Numbered from the stretch's first letter, positions 40,132 through 49,965 are shown. The stretch is DNA of 64,000 nt from Syntrophorhabdaceae bacterium (GCA_963665295.1 OY762209.1:2304001-2368000), one strand, 5' to 3'. The notes: generated by a model from the letters alone, not told the origin. Translations and numbers: made by a program.

Positions 40132-41292
40132 ATGAAGGCACATATGGTAGAGGGGATTGAGTTTTCGGGGATAGCGGCGGGCGTCAAGAAGGCCGGCCTT
40201 GATCTGGGGTTGGCGTTCTTCGAAGAGCCCATGTATGTGTCGTCCCTTTACACGAAGAACCGCGTGAAGGCGGCCCACATCCTCTATAACCGGAAGCTGG
40301 AGTCGAAGCCCGTGAGGGCTGTCCTCGTAAACAGCGGGTGCGCGAATGCCTGCACCGGCAAAGACGGCATAGACGACCTCAAGGAGATCGGCGGGAAACT
40401 TTCCGCGCTCCTCAATGTGACGAGGGAAGAGATACTTTTCGCGTCCACCGGCGTGATCGGCAAGAGACTTCCCGGCGACACCATTGTGAGCGCCCTTCCT
40501 GCTGCGGTAAAGGACCTGAAAGAGGCCCATCTTGATGCGTTCTCCCGGGCGATCATGACCACGGACACATTTCCCAAGGTGGTGCATGAGACCTTCGAAG
40601 GGCGGAAGTCGTATAATATCGTAGGCATTGCAAAGGGCGCGGGCATGATAAACCCGCTCTTCGCCACCATGCTTGCCTTTGTATTCACCGATTTTCCCGT
40701 TTCCCCGGCCACGATACAGCGGTCTTTTGTCCACTCCGCAAGGGAGAGCTTCGAGAGAATATCCGTTGACGGCGAGTGTTCGACGAACGATTCCATCCTT
40801 CTTTTCACCCGTACGGGGGAAGAAGATGAAAGCGGCCTGAAGGGGTTTGAAGAGGGCCTTGCGACGGTCCTCAAAGAGCTTGCCATGATGGTCGTCAAGG
40901 ATGGGGAAGGCGCGACCCGCGTTGCCCATATTATCGTGAAAGGCGCGAAGAAGAAAGAACAGGCGGAAAAGATCGCGAGAAGGATTTCCATTTCGCCCCT
41001 CACCAAGACGGCATTTTTCGGTTCCGACCCCAACTGGGGCAGAATCATCGCGGCGACGGGCGACGCCGGTGTTCCGGTCACCCCATCGAAGATTGAAATC
41101 ACCCTGCAGGGACGGGTCCTCGCAAGGGGCGGCGTTGAAGTGCCCTTCGATGAGGAAGAAATGAAGAACCTCATGAGCACCAAGGAGATAGAAGTAATAG
41201 TGGACCTCCACGAGGGCAAGGCCGGGTTCGACATCTTCACGACGGACTACACCTACGACTACATAAAAATCAACGCGTCCTACCGGACATAG
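40132..41292 (+). CDS. argJ: Ornithine acetyltransferase / N-acetylglutamate synthase
   Basis: NSGCANACTG, STGVIG, IMTTDT, KGAGMI.P..ATML, STND, DGEGAT, DPNWGRI, INASYRT. Confidence 0.97.
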   Translation: MKAHMVEGIEFSGIAAGVKKAGLDLGLAFFEEPMYVSSLYTKNRVKAAHILYNRKLESKPVRAVLVNSGCANACTGKDGIDDLKEIGGKLSALLNVTREEILFASTGVIGKRLPGDTIVSALPAAVKDLKEAHLDAFSRAIMTTDTFPKVVHETFEGRKSYNIVGIAKGAGMINPLFATMLAFVFTDFPVSPATIQRSFVHSARESFERISVDGECSTNDSILLFTRTGEEDESGLKGFEEGLATVLKELAMMVVKDGEGATRVAHIIVKGAKKKEQAEKIARRISISPLTKTAFFGSDPNWGRIIAATGDAGVPVTPSKIEITLQGRVLARGGVEVPFDEEEMKNLMSTKEIEVIVDLHEGKAGFDIFTTDYTYDYIKINASYRT

Positions 41293-41553
41293 CCGATACT
41301 CTTCGGATCTTCTTTACCGACCGATAGCCCCGACAACGTGAAGACCGGAACCCGATTCCCGCGGATGCGGCGCATCATCATGAAGCGAACCGCGTAGGAC
41401 GGGACATGGCGAACCTCGGGATCAAAGGAACCGAAGACATCCCCCGGAGTCATATCCGATATCAACGTAGCGCGGAAAAACCTGCAAAAGATCTCAGGAG
41501 CGACGCCGATTTTCTTTAAAACCTCGTCGGCGGGCTGCTGTGTGTGGCGGGTG

Positions 41554-41742
41554 GGGAGAGCCCCTCTTTCACTCCCCCGTGCCAACGCTCCAGGCAGAGA
41601 AAACTTGGCGCGAAAATCCTTGGCGAATGCCACCCCCCATCCCCCTACAAATCAAGGGGGCTCTCTACCTCGCCAATGATTTTCGCTGAGTTTTCTTAGC
41701 TGCCTTCCACAATGCACGGGGGAGTGAAAGAGGGGTTCTCCC
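41554..41742. repeat. ~190-nt imperfect palindrome (MITE-like element or structured RNA)
   Basis: Outer arms 41554-41582 / 41714-41742 pair at 28 of 29 nt; inner arms 41592-41626 / 41670-41705; central CCCCCT-ACAAATC-AAGGGGG. Confidence 0.75.
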
Positions 41743-41847
41743 TCATGATAGTTCGAGAAGGCGCAGGGCGGGGAAAAGACATGAGACCGTGACCCGGGGG
41801 GAAGCGAAGCTGTCTGCAAGTTCCTGAAGGCGTGCCGCGTACCTCGC

Positions 41848-42138
41848 TCACTTAAAACCCTCTTCTTTGCGGTGGCGTATTCCGATAATGTGCACCGTGT
41901 CTTCTTCTATCCTGTACCGGGTAATAAAACTACCTGCCCCGAACGGAACGACAAGATCATGGAAGTCCGGGAGGGCTTCTACGGGATGGATGATATCCGG
42001 ATAATCCTGGAGTAGTTTGATTGTGTTTGTTATTGTCATGGCCGCCCTTCTTGCAGCCTCCGGGTTCTTGTCGCCGATAAAATCCCTCAACCTGCCGAGG
42101 TCATCAACGGCACGGTCGAGCCAGACTATTCTTCGCAC
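41848..42138 (-). CDS. RelE/ParE-family type II toxin
   Basis: IVW...A.DDL.RLRDFI..KNP.AA.R, PFG.G.F..RYR, IRH.KE; overlaps the antitoxin stop. Confidence 0.9.
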   Translation of the reverse strand: MRRIVWLDRAVDDLGRLRDFIGDKNPEAARRAAMTITNTIKLLQDYPDIIHPVEALPDFHDLVVPFGAGSFITRYRIEEDTVHIIGIRHRKEEGFK

Positions 42139-42407
42139 TCAGGCCTCTTTGTTTCTCCTTCATGCCCCCAGGTATCCAGCCAGGTCAGCACCGCTTCATT
42201 ACTTACATACTCGCCGTTGGTCTTGAATGTTTCCCAGCGGTCAAGGGTCTCTAAACGCAGTTTTTCCGCCTCTTCTTCTTTTTCTACATATTTGCTGATG
42301 GCTTCTTTCATCAGCCAATGAGGCGAGCGTCTCTTTGCCTCTGCGAGCCTTAATAAACGTGCCCTTATTTCCGGGTCTAGTTTGACTGCCATAGGGGTGG
42401 CGCCCAT
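42126..42407 (-). CDS. CopG/ribbon-helix-helix antitoxin
   Basis: VKLD..IR.RL..LA.AKRRSPHWLMKEAI..YV..EE...WL.TWG; GGAGG RBS. Confidence 0.88.
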   Translation of the reverse strand: MGATPMAVKLDPEIRARLLRLAEAKRRSPHWLMKEAISKYVEKEEEAEKLRLETLDRWETFKTNGEYVSNEAVLTWLDTWGHEGETKRPECEE

Positions 42408-42423
42408 AGTTGCACCTCCAGGG

Positions 42424-42438
42424 TATTACCTTGTAATA
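42424..42438. promoter_or_regulatory. Putative TA autoregulatory operator
   Basis: TATTAC-CTT-GTAATA palindrome just upstream of the antitoxin RBS. Confidence 0.5.
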
Positions 42439-42927
42439 ATATACTCACCGCAACGCGTCCTGCGCAAGGGTTTTCTGCAACCCTTTTTCCTGCATGGACT
42501 GCTCTGTTGTGAGGTGTGCGCCGGAATACGGCGAGCCATAGAAGAGGAGAAGCCCATCAACTACGAAGCCGAATTTGGCTACGACCCTGAAGCGAAAGAC
42601 GGAAGGCTCTATTAGCGCCCACTAAGACGAGCGATATCGAATGTTCGACCGGTAGGAAACCGGCAAATCGCAACCAAACTTCTAAAGATGAACGGTGCGG
42701 CGCAAATCTTCAACTCCTATCTTAAACAATTGCGCCGCCCTTGCCACCTGCAAAACAGTTGAAAGAGCGGGGCAACCCAAAAAGTCCGGAGTTCGTGCGG
42801 TCGATCGAAGGAAAAGTCGCACGGTATGGGTGCCTGGATATAGGCAGCACTGGAATATGCGGGATTTCTGCCGTATATTTGGCTATCCGACAGAGTCAGA
42901 AGGCAAAAACAAATAGGAGGCAGCACG

Positions 42928-43299
42928 ATGGTCCCGGAAAAACTGCTGGAAATCATGAAACAGGACGGGGTTGTCGCCATTGCGACATTGGGAGAAGATG
43001 GGCCGCATATGGTCAACACCTGGAACAGCTACATCAGAATATCACCGGACGGACGATTATTCATTCCTGCAGGTTACATGAATAAGACAGAGGCTAACGT
43101 TGCTTACAACCCCAATGTTCTGATTACGCTGGGAAGCAGCAAGGTTCAGGGCTTGCATGGAGCAGGCGCCGGTTTCTTAATCAAAGGAAAGGCCATGTTT
43201 ATCACGTCCGGACCTGATTTTGATTTTATGAAAGCAAAATTCACCTGGCTGCGAGCTACGTTGGCTGTCACCATCGAGTCTGCTACCCAAACCTGGTGA
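42928..43299 (+). CDS. FMN-binding protein (pyridoxamine 5'-phosphate oxidase-like split barrel)
   Basis: GVVAIAT.G.DGPH.VNTWNSY, PAG.M.KTEAN, TLGS.KV.G..G.G.GFLI.G; AGGAGG RBS. Confidence 0.9.
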   Translation: MVPEKLLEIMKQDGVVAIATLGEDGPHMVNTWNSYIRISPDGRLFIPAGYMNKTEANVAYNPNVLITLGSSKVQGLHGAGAGFLIKGKAMFITSGPDFDFMKAKFTWLRATLAVTIESATQTW

Positions 43300-43425
43300 A
43301 AGTTATGGAACAGTCTGAACATTGCAGTTTCGGGGCCGTGGCGATCAGGTGACAATGTTTATATACCTGCCCGGTAGACCGCGCGCTTAGCCCTCTTAAG
43401 GCCGAACACGCCTTTTTTCCGCAGA

Positions 43426-43498
43426 ATGAAACCGGTCTCCGGCTCACGTGCCGGTAGGACTACAAGGTCCGTGCCCATGAGCTGGAGACCGGTTTCAT
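43426..43498. repeat. Intergenic inverted repeat with 21-bp arms
   Basis: ATGAAACCGGTCTCCGGCTCA ... TGAGCTGGAGACCGGTTTCAT (20 of 21), inner GGAC-TACAAG-GTCC. Confidence 0.7.
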
Positions 43499-43721
43499 GG
43501 TTGTATGTCTGTGTTAATCTGGAGATACCATATTCGATGGCTCCTTCCTGTACCGGTCACCCTCGGTATTGACTTCCGGCACATGAGCCGCGTCCGGAAG
43601 TTTTGGCTTGATATTCCAAAGGGCATCGGGCACAATAGCGTGTGGACAACGGAGAACAACAGTTGCATTCCCCCGATTTTCACATCGGGAGAAATCGAAT
43701 GAAGAGGAGGGTTAAGGAGCA

Positions 43722-44843
43722 TTGAAAAGATTATGTGTTTTGGTTGCTTGTTGCGCTCTTTCCTTGGTACCGGCGTTCTTCTCGGGGATCGCTCTATCAG
43801 AAGACGCACAATCCCTTTCGGCGGTTTCCCAGGGCAGGTATAACCAATCAAGGGAAACGTCCTTTGTTAAGCCAGGGATCGAGTCGGTCTTTACCATGCC
43901 GGAGAACTGGCCCCGGAACAATGATGCCGCACCAACGAACAGAGCACCAAAAGAGGCAAAATCCTTCGCCATCGTCTTAGGGTCAGGCACGCCGGGTCCC
44001 AATCCTTACAGGATGGGTCCGTCCTTTGTGGTGATATCAAACGGTTACCCCTATTTCATTGATTGCGGAGAAGGAGCGTGGCGAAGCCTGGCGTCAACGT
44101 CGCTGGCTCATGGAGACTGGCTTACAAAATCCCTTGCTCTGGATAATTTCAAATACCTCTTTCTCACTCACCTGCACTGCGATCATACGGTCGGCATCCC
44201 TTCATGGATCTTGAACGCATATAAGTGGGGTTCGAAGGCGAGCAAAGAAATATACGGCCCGAAAGGAACCGCAGCCATGATGAAGAATATTATGGCCGCG
44301 TGGCAAATCGACATGGAGGACATGTGGTACGGACCATTGAAGACAAGCAACGACGGCGTCACAGTGGTCACCCATGAAGTGGATAATGACGGCCTGATAT
44401 ATCAGGATAAGAATGTGAAAGTCTATGGGTACCGGAAATATCACGGCTATTTAAAGGACAATTTTGCGTACCGCGTCGAATGTGCCGACGGCAGGGTTTT
44501 TGCTTTTGCCGGCGACGGCTGGAGCTGTCCAGGTCTTATCAAAGCGGCCAGGAATGCCGATGTCGTTTTCGTGGAGGTCTTTTCCATGGATAACATGGGC
44601 TATGCCTCGCGGGGGGCAAAGATAGACCTTGCAAAGGTTGAATATAATACACATGCCTACCACATGTGGCCCGAAGAACTGGCATTGATGCAGAAGGAAT
44701 CGGGTGTGAAGAGTCTGGTTCTGATTCACGAGCAAAATTATGCTCCCGCGGGTCAATATTCCCGCCTGGGGATGTGGGAAGAATGTAAACGGGCCGGTGT
44801 TAAGGAACCGGTATTTTCATCCGTCGATGGTGACATTTACTGA
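43722..44843 (+). CDS. Secreted MBL-fold metallohydrolase (RNase Z/arylsulfatase AtsA-like)
   Basis: Signal peptide; LGSGTP.P.P.R.GP, IDCGEG, THLHCDH, AGD, YH, LIH; AAGGAG before TTG. Confidence 0.85.
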   Translation: MKRLCVLVACCALSLVPAFFSGIALSEDAQSLSAVSQGRYNQSRETSFVKPGIESVFTMPENWPRNNDAAPTNRAPKEAKSFAIVLGSGTPGPNPYRMGPSFVVISNGYPYFIDCGEGAWRSLASTSLAHGDWLTKSLALDNFKYLFLTHLHCDHTVGIPSWILNAYKWGSKASKEIYGPKGTAAMMKNIMAAWQIDMEDMWYGPLKTSNDGVTVVTHEVDNDGLIYQDKNVKVYGYRKYHGYLKDNFAYRVECADGRVFAFAGDGWSCPGLIKAARNADVVFVEVFSMDNMGYASRGAKIDLAKVEYNTHAYHMWPEELALMQKESGVKSLVLIHEQNYAPAGQYSRLGMWEECKRAGVKEPVFSSVDGDIY

Positions 44844-44943
44844 AATTGGGGGGCGGATTGTCGCAGATGCCTTGCGCCCCAGGGAAACCCGTCCGGATGC
44901 CAAGGTATGCATTAAGACCGCCATGCGTCTTTCGGCATGGCCC

Positions 44944-47900
44944 TCAGTCCGGGTTGCCTACCAGGATGAAGGCGCCCCAGTAGAAGGGGTTGGGTTTCTT
45001 CTTCATGAGGTCCAGCTTTGCCTGTCTCAGGGAGTCGGCTTTTGATTTGCCGTCGGCCATGGCAGTGTAGAAGCCCGTCATGAGTTGCATGGTCTCCGCG
45101 CTCGGCACGCTCCAGAGGCTTAAAATCACCGCTTTTGCTCCCGAGAGTATGAATGCCCTCTTGAGGCCGAAGACGCCTTCTCCGCTCAGGACGTCGCCGA
45201 CCCCTGTCTCGCATGCCGACAGGACTACGAGGTCCGTGCCCATGAGCCGGAGGCCCATGAGCTTCTCTGCGCTCATTATGCCCTCATCTTTCCCTTCTTT
45301 CAAGGAGAGGTTGATGCGGGCGAGGGCAAGGCCCGACCGGAACATGGGACTCTCCCTGAGAAGTTTCTGATTGGAGTCCGATGCCCCTTTTTTCTCATCT
45401 TTTCCGATGAAATACCCGTGGGTCGCGAGGTGCATGATCCGTGGCGAGTCCGCGGAAAGGAGGACCGATTCCACCGCTTTCTCACCCTCGTAGCTGTTCA
45501 CGACGAGGTGCATTCTTTGGGTCAGGATGTTTTGAATGACGTCGGCCTCTTTTTTTGTATCGGGGAGTCGTGAAAAGAAGGTCAACCCGCTCGTCTTGGA
45601 AGGCGACGATGGTCCTGCGGCTTGAGACGACCGGTCCCTTTCCGCCTGTTTTTCCTGCGTGACGAGACCGAAATCGTAATCCGGGTCTGCGAGAATGAGC
45701 GCGGGAGGGCCGTCCTTCCGGGGCTCCTTATCTTCGAGCCTCACGATATCCCTGCCTGCCGCAATGTAGCTTATCCGGTACTTCTCGATGGGGTATGATC
45801 CTTCGGCGTTGAGGAGCGTTTCGAGGGGGATGAGGTTAAGGTTCCCGTCCGGGCTCACGAAGAGGCTCTCCTTGCCCGTGAGAAAGCCCTCCACGGGCTT
45901 GAGCACGAGACGGTAAAGCTCCCCTGCCTCTTTGTCGAGGATTCTCTTGTTGGGCACGTAGCCGGCCCTTGCGGCGCCCATCGCCTTCAGGTAGGCCCGT
46001 ACATGGAGGTCCACGTTTTCAGCCGGTCCGAGGTCTACGAGGGCAAGAAGTTGTTTTTCGCCCGGCCTCAGGACAAAGACAAGGTAACGGGGTTCCTTCC
46101 AGGAGGTTGTTTGATAGTCGAAGATGCTTATCCTCGCGAAATCGAGATAGACCGAATTGACGGGGAGTATTTTGGCGACCCGGGCCGTGTCCGCCCTCCC
46201 GGCCTTTCTTTCCACCGCAAAATCTTTGCTCACTGCCGAAAGCGCCGCTTCGAGGTCCTCCTTGCGTTTTTCCCGCGCCCCGAGGATATCCGAATTTTCC
46301 TTGAGGGTTGTTTCTGTCCAGCGCGAGTTCTGGAGCTTCGCGATCTCTCTTCTCGTCTTCGTCAATTCCTCAAAGAGGTCTTTGATCTTTGCGTTCCCTG
46401 ATGCGACGACCGCCTCAAGATGTTTGCCCTCTGCTTCCATCACTGCGCCTTTCCACTGGAGCCAGGCGTCAAGGGTTGTGGCGAGGGCCTGATCGTCGGA
46501 AGACAGATATAGGGCCGAATGGCCGACAAACTCGTGGAGGGAGAGTTCCGTTTCCTTCATGTAATTCAGCTTTTCCCGTTCCGACAAAAGGAGAAACACG
46601 TTATCACGTTTGACGCCGTCGATGCGCGCGCCCTGCGCGAAATAGCGATGGCTTTCGAGGTGTTTTCCCTGACAGGCGTAAAGAACGGCCAGTTCCTTTG
46701 CCGAGGACCCCACCTTCGGGTGGTTCCCGCCAAGGGTGTTGAGGCGTATGGTGTACGCCTTCAAAAGGTAATGACCCGCCTGATCATACCTGCCGGTGGA
46801 GCGGTACAGGACGCCGAGATTGTGCATGCTGTCGGCCACGAAGATGTGGTCCTTGCCGTAGACCTTCTCCCGTATCTCCAGGCCGGTCTTATATTGCTGT
46901 TCCGCGAGCAGGGGCTTGCCGGTAGCCATATTGAGACCGGCGAGGGTATCGAGGCTCTCGGCGATGTCGGGATGGTATTTGCCGAAGGCCTTCTCCCTGA
47001 TTTCCAGGGCCCTTCGAAAGCATGGCTCCGCTTCTTTCGTCGCCCCCCGGGACTGATAGAGGCTCCCGAGGAGGCTCAGGGTTTCCGCCACCTCAAGGTG
47101 GTCCTTGCCCAGGACCTTCTCCTGAATTTCAATTGCCTTCCTGTACTCCTGCCCGGCTTCGGCGGACCTTCCCGTGTTGAGGTACAGGTCGGCAAGGTCG
47201 ATCCGGCTGTCCGCCACCGCGGGATGCTCTTTTGAAAGGATCTTTTCGCGGATGCCGAGAACCCGCTTGCAGAGGGGCTCGGCCTCGGCGTACGCGCCCT
47301 TCGCGATGTAAATCTCCGCGAGGACCTGCATACTTCTCGCGGTTTCGACCTGTTCCTCGCCCAGTTTTTCCCGATTGATCTTTATGGCCTTGGAAACCAG
47401 CCTCTCCGCATCCTCGTATCTTCCCATATTGAGGTACAGACGGGCCAGGGAGGTCATGAGACGTGCTGTGCCGGGATGGTCCCGTCCCCTGGTCCGTTCC
47501 TGGATATCAAGGGCCTTGAGGTAAAGGGTCTCCGCTTCGCGATATTTGCCCATGGCTTCATAGAGCTCAGCCAGGGAACTTATGCTCCCCGCGTACCGCG
47601 GGTGGTCCGCGCCAAGTACCTTTTCCCGTATCTTCATCGACCTGGAAAGAAGCCGCTCCGCTTCCGAGTATCTTCCGAGGGTGATGTAAAGCCGGGCGAG
47701 GCCGCCCAGGCTCGCCGCTGTGTCCTGATGTTCGGGCACGAGTACCTTCTCCCTGATTTCAAGCCCCTTCTTAAGGTTGGTTTCCGCATCGGCATACCTG
47801 CCCGTGGCCAGGTAGAGAAGCCCCAGGGATGTGAGGCTCTGGGCTGTGAGAGGGTGCTCTTCGCCCAGCGCGGCCTGACGGATCTTCAGGGAATTCCGGA

Positions 47901-49965
47901 GCAGGATTTCCGCGTCCCCGTTCCTTCCTGTTGCCCGGTAAATGCCGCCAAGGAGCTGCATGGTATCCGCCACATCGGGGTGGTCCTTTCCCAGCTTTGA
48001 CTCCCTTATTCCAAGAGCCTGTTTCGAAAGCTGTTCCGCCTTCTCGTAGTTTCCCATGGCGCTATCGATGTCCGCGAGGGTATGGAGGTCGGCAGCCACC
48101 GCAGGATGTCCCGCGTCGTATTTGCTCCGGGTGATTTCGAGGGCCTCCGTTGCCATGGTCCGGGCTTCCGGGTATCGGGCCATTGTCCTGTAAAGGGACG
48201 CGAGGGACCTCAACGACTGGGCGACTTGAGGGTTGTCCTTGCCGAGCCTCGCCCTCCGGATCTCCAGGGATTTCCGGTAAAGCCGTTCAGCTTCGGCGTA
48301 ATTTCCCGTAAGTTCGTTGAATTCGGCCATGGCGCCCAGGCTTCGGGCATACTGGGGGCTCCCTGACCCGTCCGCGATCTCCCTCAGTTTGAGGGATTTC
48401 CTGAGCAACGGTTCCGCCTCGGCATATTTGCCCGACGCAAAGTACAGACGGGCAAGGAGGGCGGTGGTGGTCGCAATGTCCTGGTGGTCGGCGCTTAAGC
48501 GCCGCTGCCTGATGTCGAGGGCCCTTTTGTAGGCGGCTTCGGCTTCCCGGTATTTTCCCTGAGAGAAAAGGACCAGGCCCAGGGAGTTGAGGCTCTGGGC
48601 GACGTCCAGGTGATCTCCGCCGAATGCCTTTTCCCGTATCGCGAGGGCCCGTGCGTACATCTGTCTCGCTTCTTCGGGCCTGCCTTTTGTCTGGGCGATG
48701 CGGCCGAGGAGCATCAGACTTTCGGCAACATCAGGATGAGCGGGGCCCAACTTCTTCTCTCTCAGGGCGAGAGCCTTCTTGCCGAACAACTCGGACCTGT
48801 CGTACTCCCCCCGCGCGAGGGCCACCTCGGCCCGTATCTGCATGGTCGTTGCAGCGGCGGGGTTCTCCATATCGTTTCTCTTCTTGAGTATCTCGTCGAC
48901 GCGGTCGCAATAGGACTCGGACCGGTCGTACTTCGCCATGTTCTTGTAAAGCTCGGCAAGGGCGTTGAGGGACCTGATGATGCGGGGATGGTCTTTCCCC
49001 AGCCGCTGTTCCCTTATTTCGAGGGCCCTGAGATGCAACGACTCGGCCTCCGCATATCTGCCCGTGGTTTCATAAAGCTCGGCCATGGTGTAAAGATTCC
49101 CCGCGAGGGAGGAATGGTCTTTACCCAGGGCTTTTTCGCGAATCGTGATAGCCCTCTTGTAGAGCGACTCCGCCTCTGTGTAGTCGCCCGTTTTGGCGTA
49201 AAGGGCCGCGAGCATGCCGAGGCTCCGGCCGATTTCGGGATCGTCCATATCGAGGCTCTTTTCCCTGATCTCAAGGGCCTTTTTGAATTCCTCTTCAGCT
49301 TCTCCATAATTCCCGCGGATCGACGCGAGGAGACCGAGGCAGGAAAGGGCGGAGGCTGCGGAGGGCTGGTCGGGTCCGTCTTTCTTCAGGCTCATGTCCC
49401 GGGCGTTCCTGCAGTACCGATCCGCGTCGGCGTAACGGGAGGAGGAAAGGGCAATTCTTCCCAAGAGGGCCAGGGTTTCCGCGACTTCGGGGCTGTCCTT
49501 GCCGAATGCCCGCTCCCGGATGCCCCAGGCCCTCTTGGCATAGGACTCGGCCATGGTGTAGTTCCCCATGGCGTACTGTATGCGGGAGGAAAGGTAGAGG
49601 CTCGCCCCTACGTCGGCGTGGTCTCTTCCAAGGGTGCGGTTCCTTATCTCCAGGGCCTCGGCCGCCTTCCGGGAGGCGTCCTCGTATTTTTCCTCGGCGA
49701 GAAGGCCCGACGCCTCTTTCGCGAGGGAACCGGCGCGGACAAGGTCGCTTTCAGCGGCGGCTGCAATAGAAAGAGAGCAGGCGAGGAGAAGGACGGTCAG
49801 GGCAATGCAGACGAGATATCCGAACTTCCTGAGGCGCGGCCGCCTTCCTCCCCGAGAGAGCGGGAGGAAGGCGATACGTTCATTCAATGCAGCGTAATTT
49901 TGCGGGGTCGTTAACGGCAAACCCAGTCGCAGTGTCTGTGACGGCATACGTTCATCCACGTACAC
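44944..49965 (-). CDS. TPR-CHAT (clan CD caspase-like) protease with an N-terminal signal/TM segment and ~25 42-aa TPR units
   Basis: Hydrophobic YLVCIALTVLLLACSLSIAAAA; 25 kinesin-light-chain-like TPRs; CHAT motifs SPDGNLNLIP, HLATHG (His), VLSACETG (Cys), SLWSVP, PFYWGAF. Start uncertain (49965 GTG, 49947 ATG or 49887 TTG). Confidence 0.93.
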   Translation of the reverse strand: MYVDERMPSQTLRLGLPLTTPQNYAALNERIAFLPLSRGGRRPRLRKFGYLVCIALTVLLLACSLSIAAAAESDLVRAGSLAKEASGLLAEEKYEDASRKAAEALEIRNRTLGRDHADVGASLYLSSRIQYAMGNYTMAESYAKRAWGIRERAFGKDSPEVAETLALLGRIALSSSRYADADRYCRNARDMSLKKDGPDQPSAASALSCLGLLASIRGNYGEAEEEFKKALEIREKSLDMDDPEIGRSLGMLAALYAKTGDYTEAESLYKRAITIREKALGKDHSSLAGNLYTMAELYETTGRYAEAESLHLRALEIREQRLGKDHPRIIRSLNALAELYKNMAKYDRSESYCDRVDEILKKRNDMENPAAATTMQIRAEVALARGEYDRSELFGKKALALREKKLGPAHPDVAESLMLLGRIAQTKGRPEEARQMYARALAIREKAFGGDHLDVAQSLNSLGLVLFSQGKYREAEAAYKRALDIRQRRLSADHQDIATTTALLARLYFASGKYAEAEPLLRKSLKLREIADGSGSPQYARSLGAMAEFNELTGNYAEAERLYRKSLEIRRARLGKDNPQVAQSLRSLASLYRTMARYPEARTMATEALEITRSKYDAGHPAVAADLHTLADIDSAMGNYEKAEQLSKQALGIRESKLGKDHPDVADTMQLLGGIYRATGRNGDAEILLRNSLKIRQAALGEEHPLTAQSLTSLGLLYLATGRYADAETNLKKGLEIREKVLVPEHQDTAASLGGLARLYITLGRYSEAERLLSRSMKIREKVLGADHPRYAGSISSLAELYEAMGKYREAETLYLKALDIQERTRGRDHPGTARLMTSLARLYLNMGRYEDAERLVSKAIKINREKLGEEQVETARSMQVLAEIYIAKGAYAEAEPLCKRVLGIREKILSKEHPAVADSRIDLADLYLNTGRSAEAGQEYRKAIEIQEKVLGKDHLEVAETLSLLGSLYQSRGATKEAEPCFRRALEIREKAFGKYHPDIAESLDTLAGLNMATGKPLLAEQQYKTGLEIREKVYGKDHIFVADSMHNLGVLYRSTGRYDQAGHYLLKAYTIRLNTLGGNHPKVGSSAKELAVLYACQGKHLESHRYFAQGARIDGVKRDNVFLLLSEREKLNYMKETELSLHEFVGHSALYLSSDDQALATTLDAWLQWKGAVMEAEGKHLEAVVASGNAKIKDLFEELTKTRREIAKLQNSRWTETTLKENSDILGAREKRKEDLEAALSAVSKDFAVERKAGRADTARVAKILPVNSVYLDFARISIFDYQTTSWKEPRYLVFVLRPGEKQLLALVDLGPAENVDLHVRAYLKAMGAARAGYVPNKRILDKEAGELYRLVLKPVEGFLTGKESLFVSPDGNLNLIPLETLLNAEGSYPIEKYRISYIAAGRDIVRLEDKEPRKDGPPALILADPDYDFGLVTQEKQAERDRSSQAAGPSSPSKTSGLTFFSRLPDTKKEADVIQNILTQRMHLVVNSYEGEKAVESVLLSADSPRIMHLATHGYFIGKDEKKGASDSNQKLLRESPMFRSGLALARINLSLKEGKDEGIMSAEKLMGLRLMGTDLVVLSACETGVGDVLSGEGVFGLKRAFILSGAKAVILSLWSVPSAETMQLMTGFYTAMADGKSKADSLRQAKLDLMKKKPNPFYWGAFILVGNPD

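Noticed and set aside
42600..43400. Integron cassette (attC) organisation around the FMN-binding gene
   Set aside because: No convincing RYYYAAC...GTTRRRY paired sites and no integron integrase.
44944..49965. TPR-CHAT as part of type III-E CRISPR (Craspase) or a gasdermin defence locus
   Set aside because: No Cas7-11, CRISPR array or gasdermin-like ORF nearby, and the protein appears exported.
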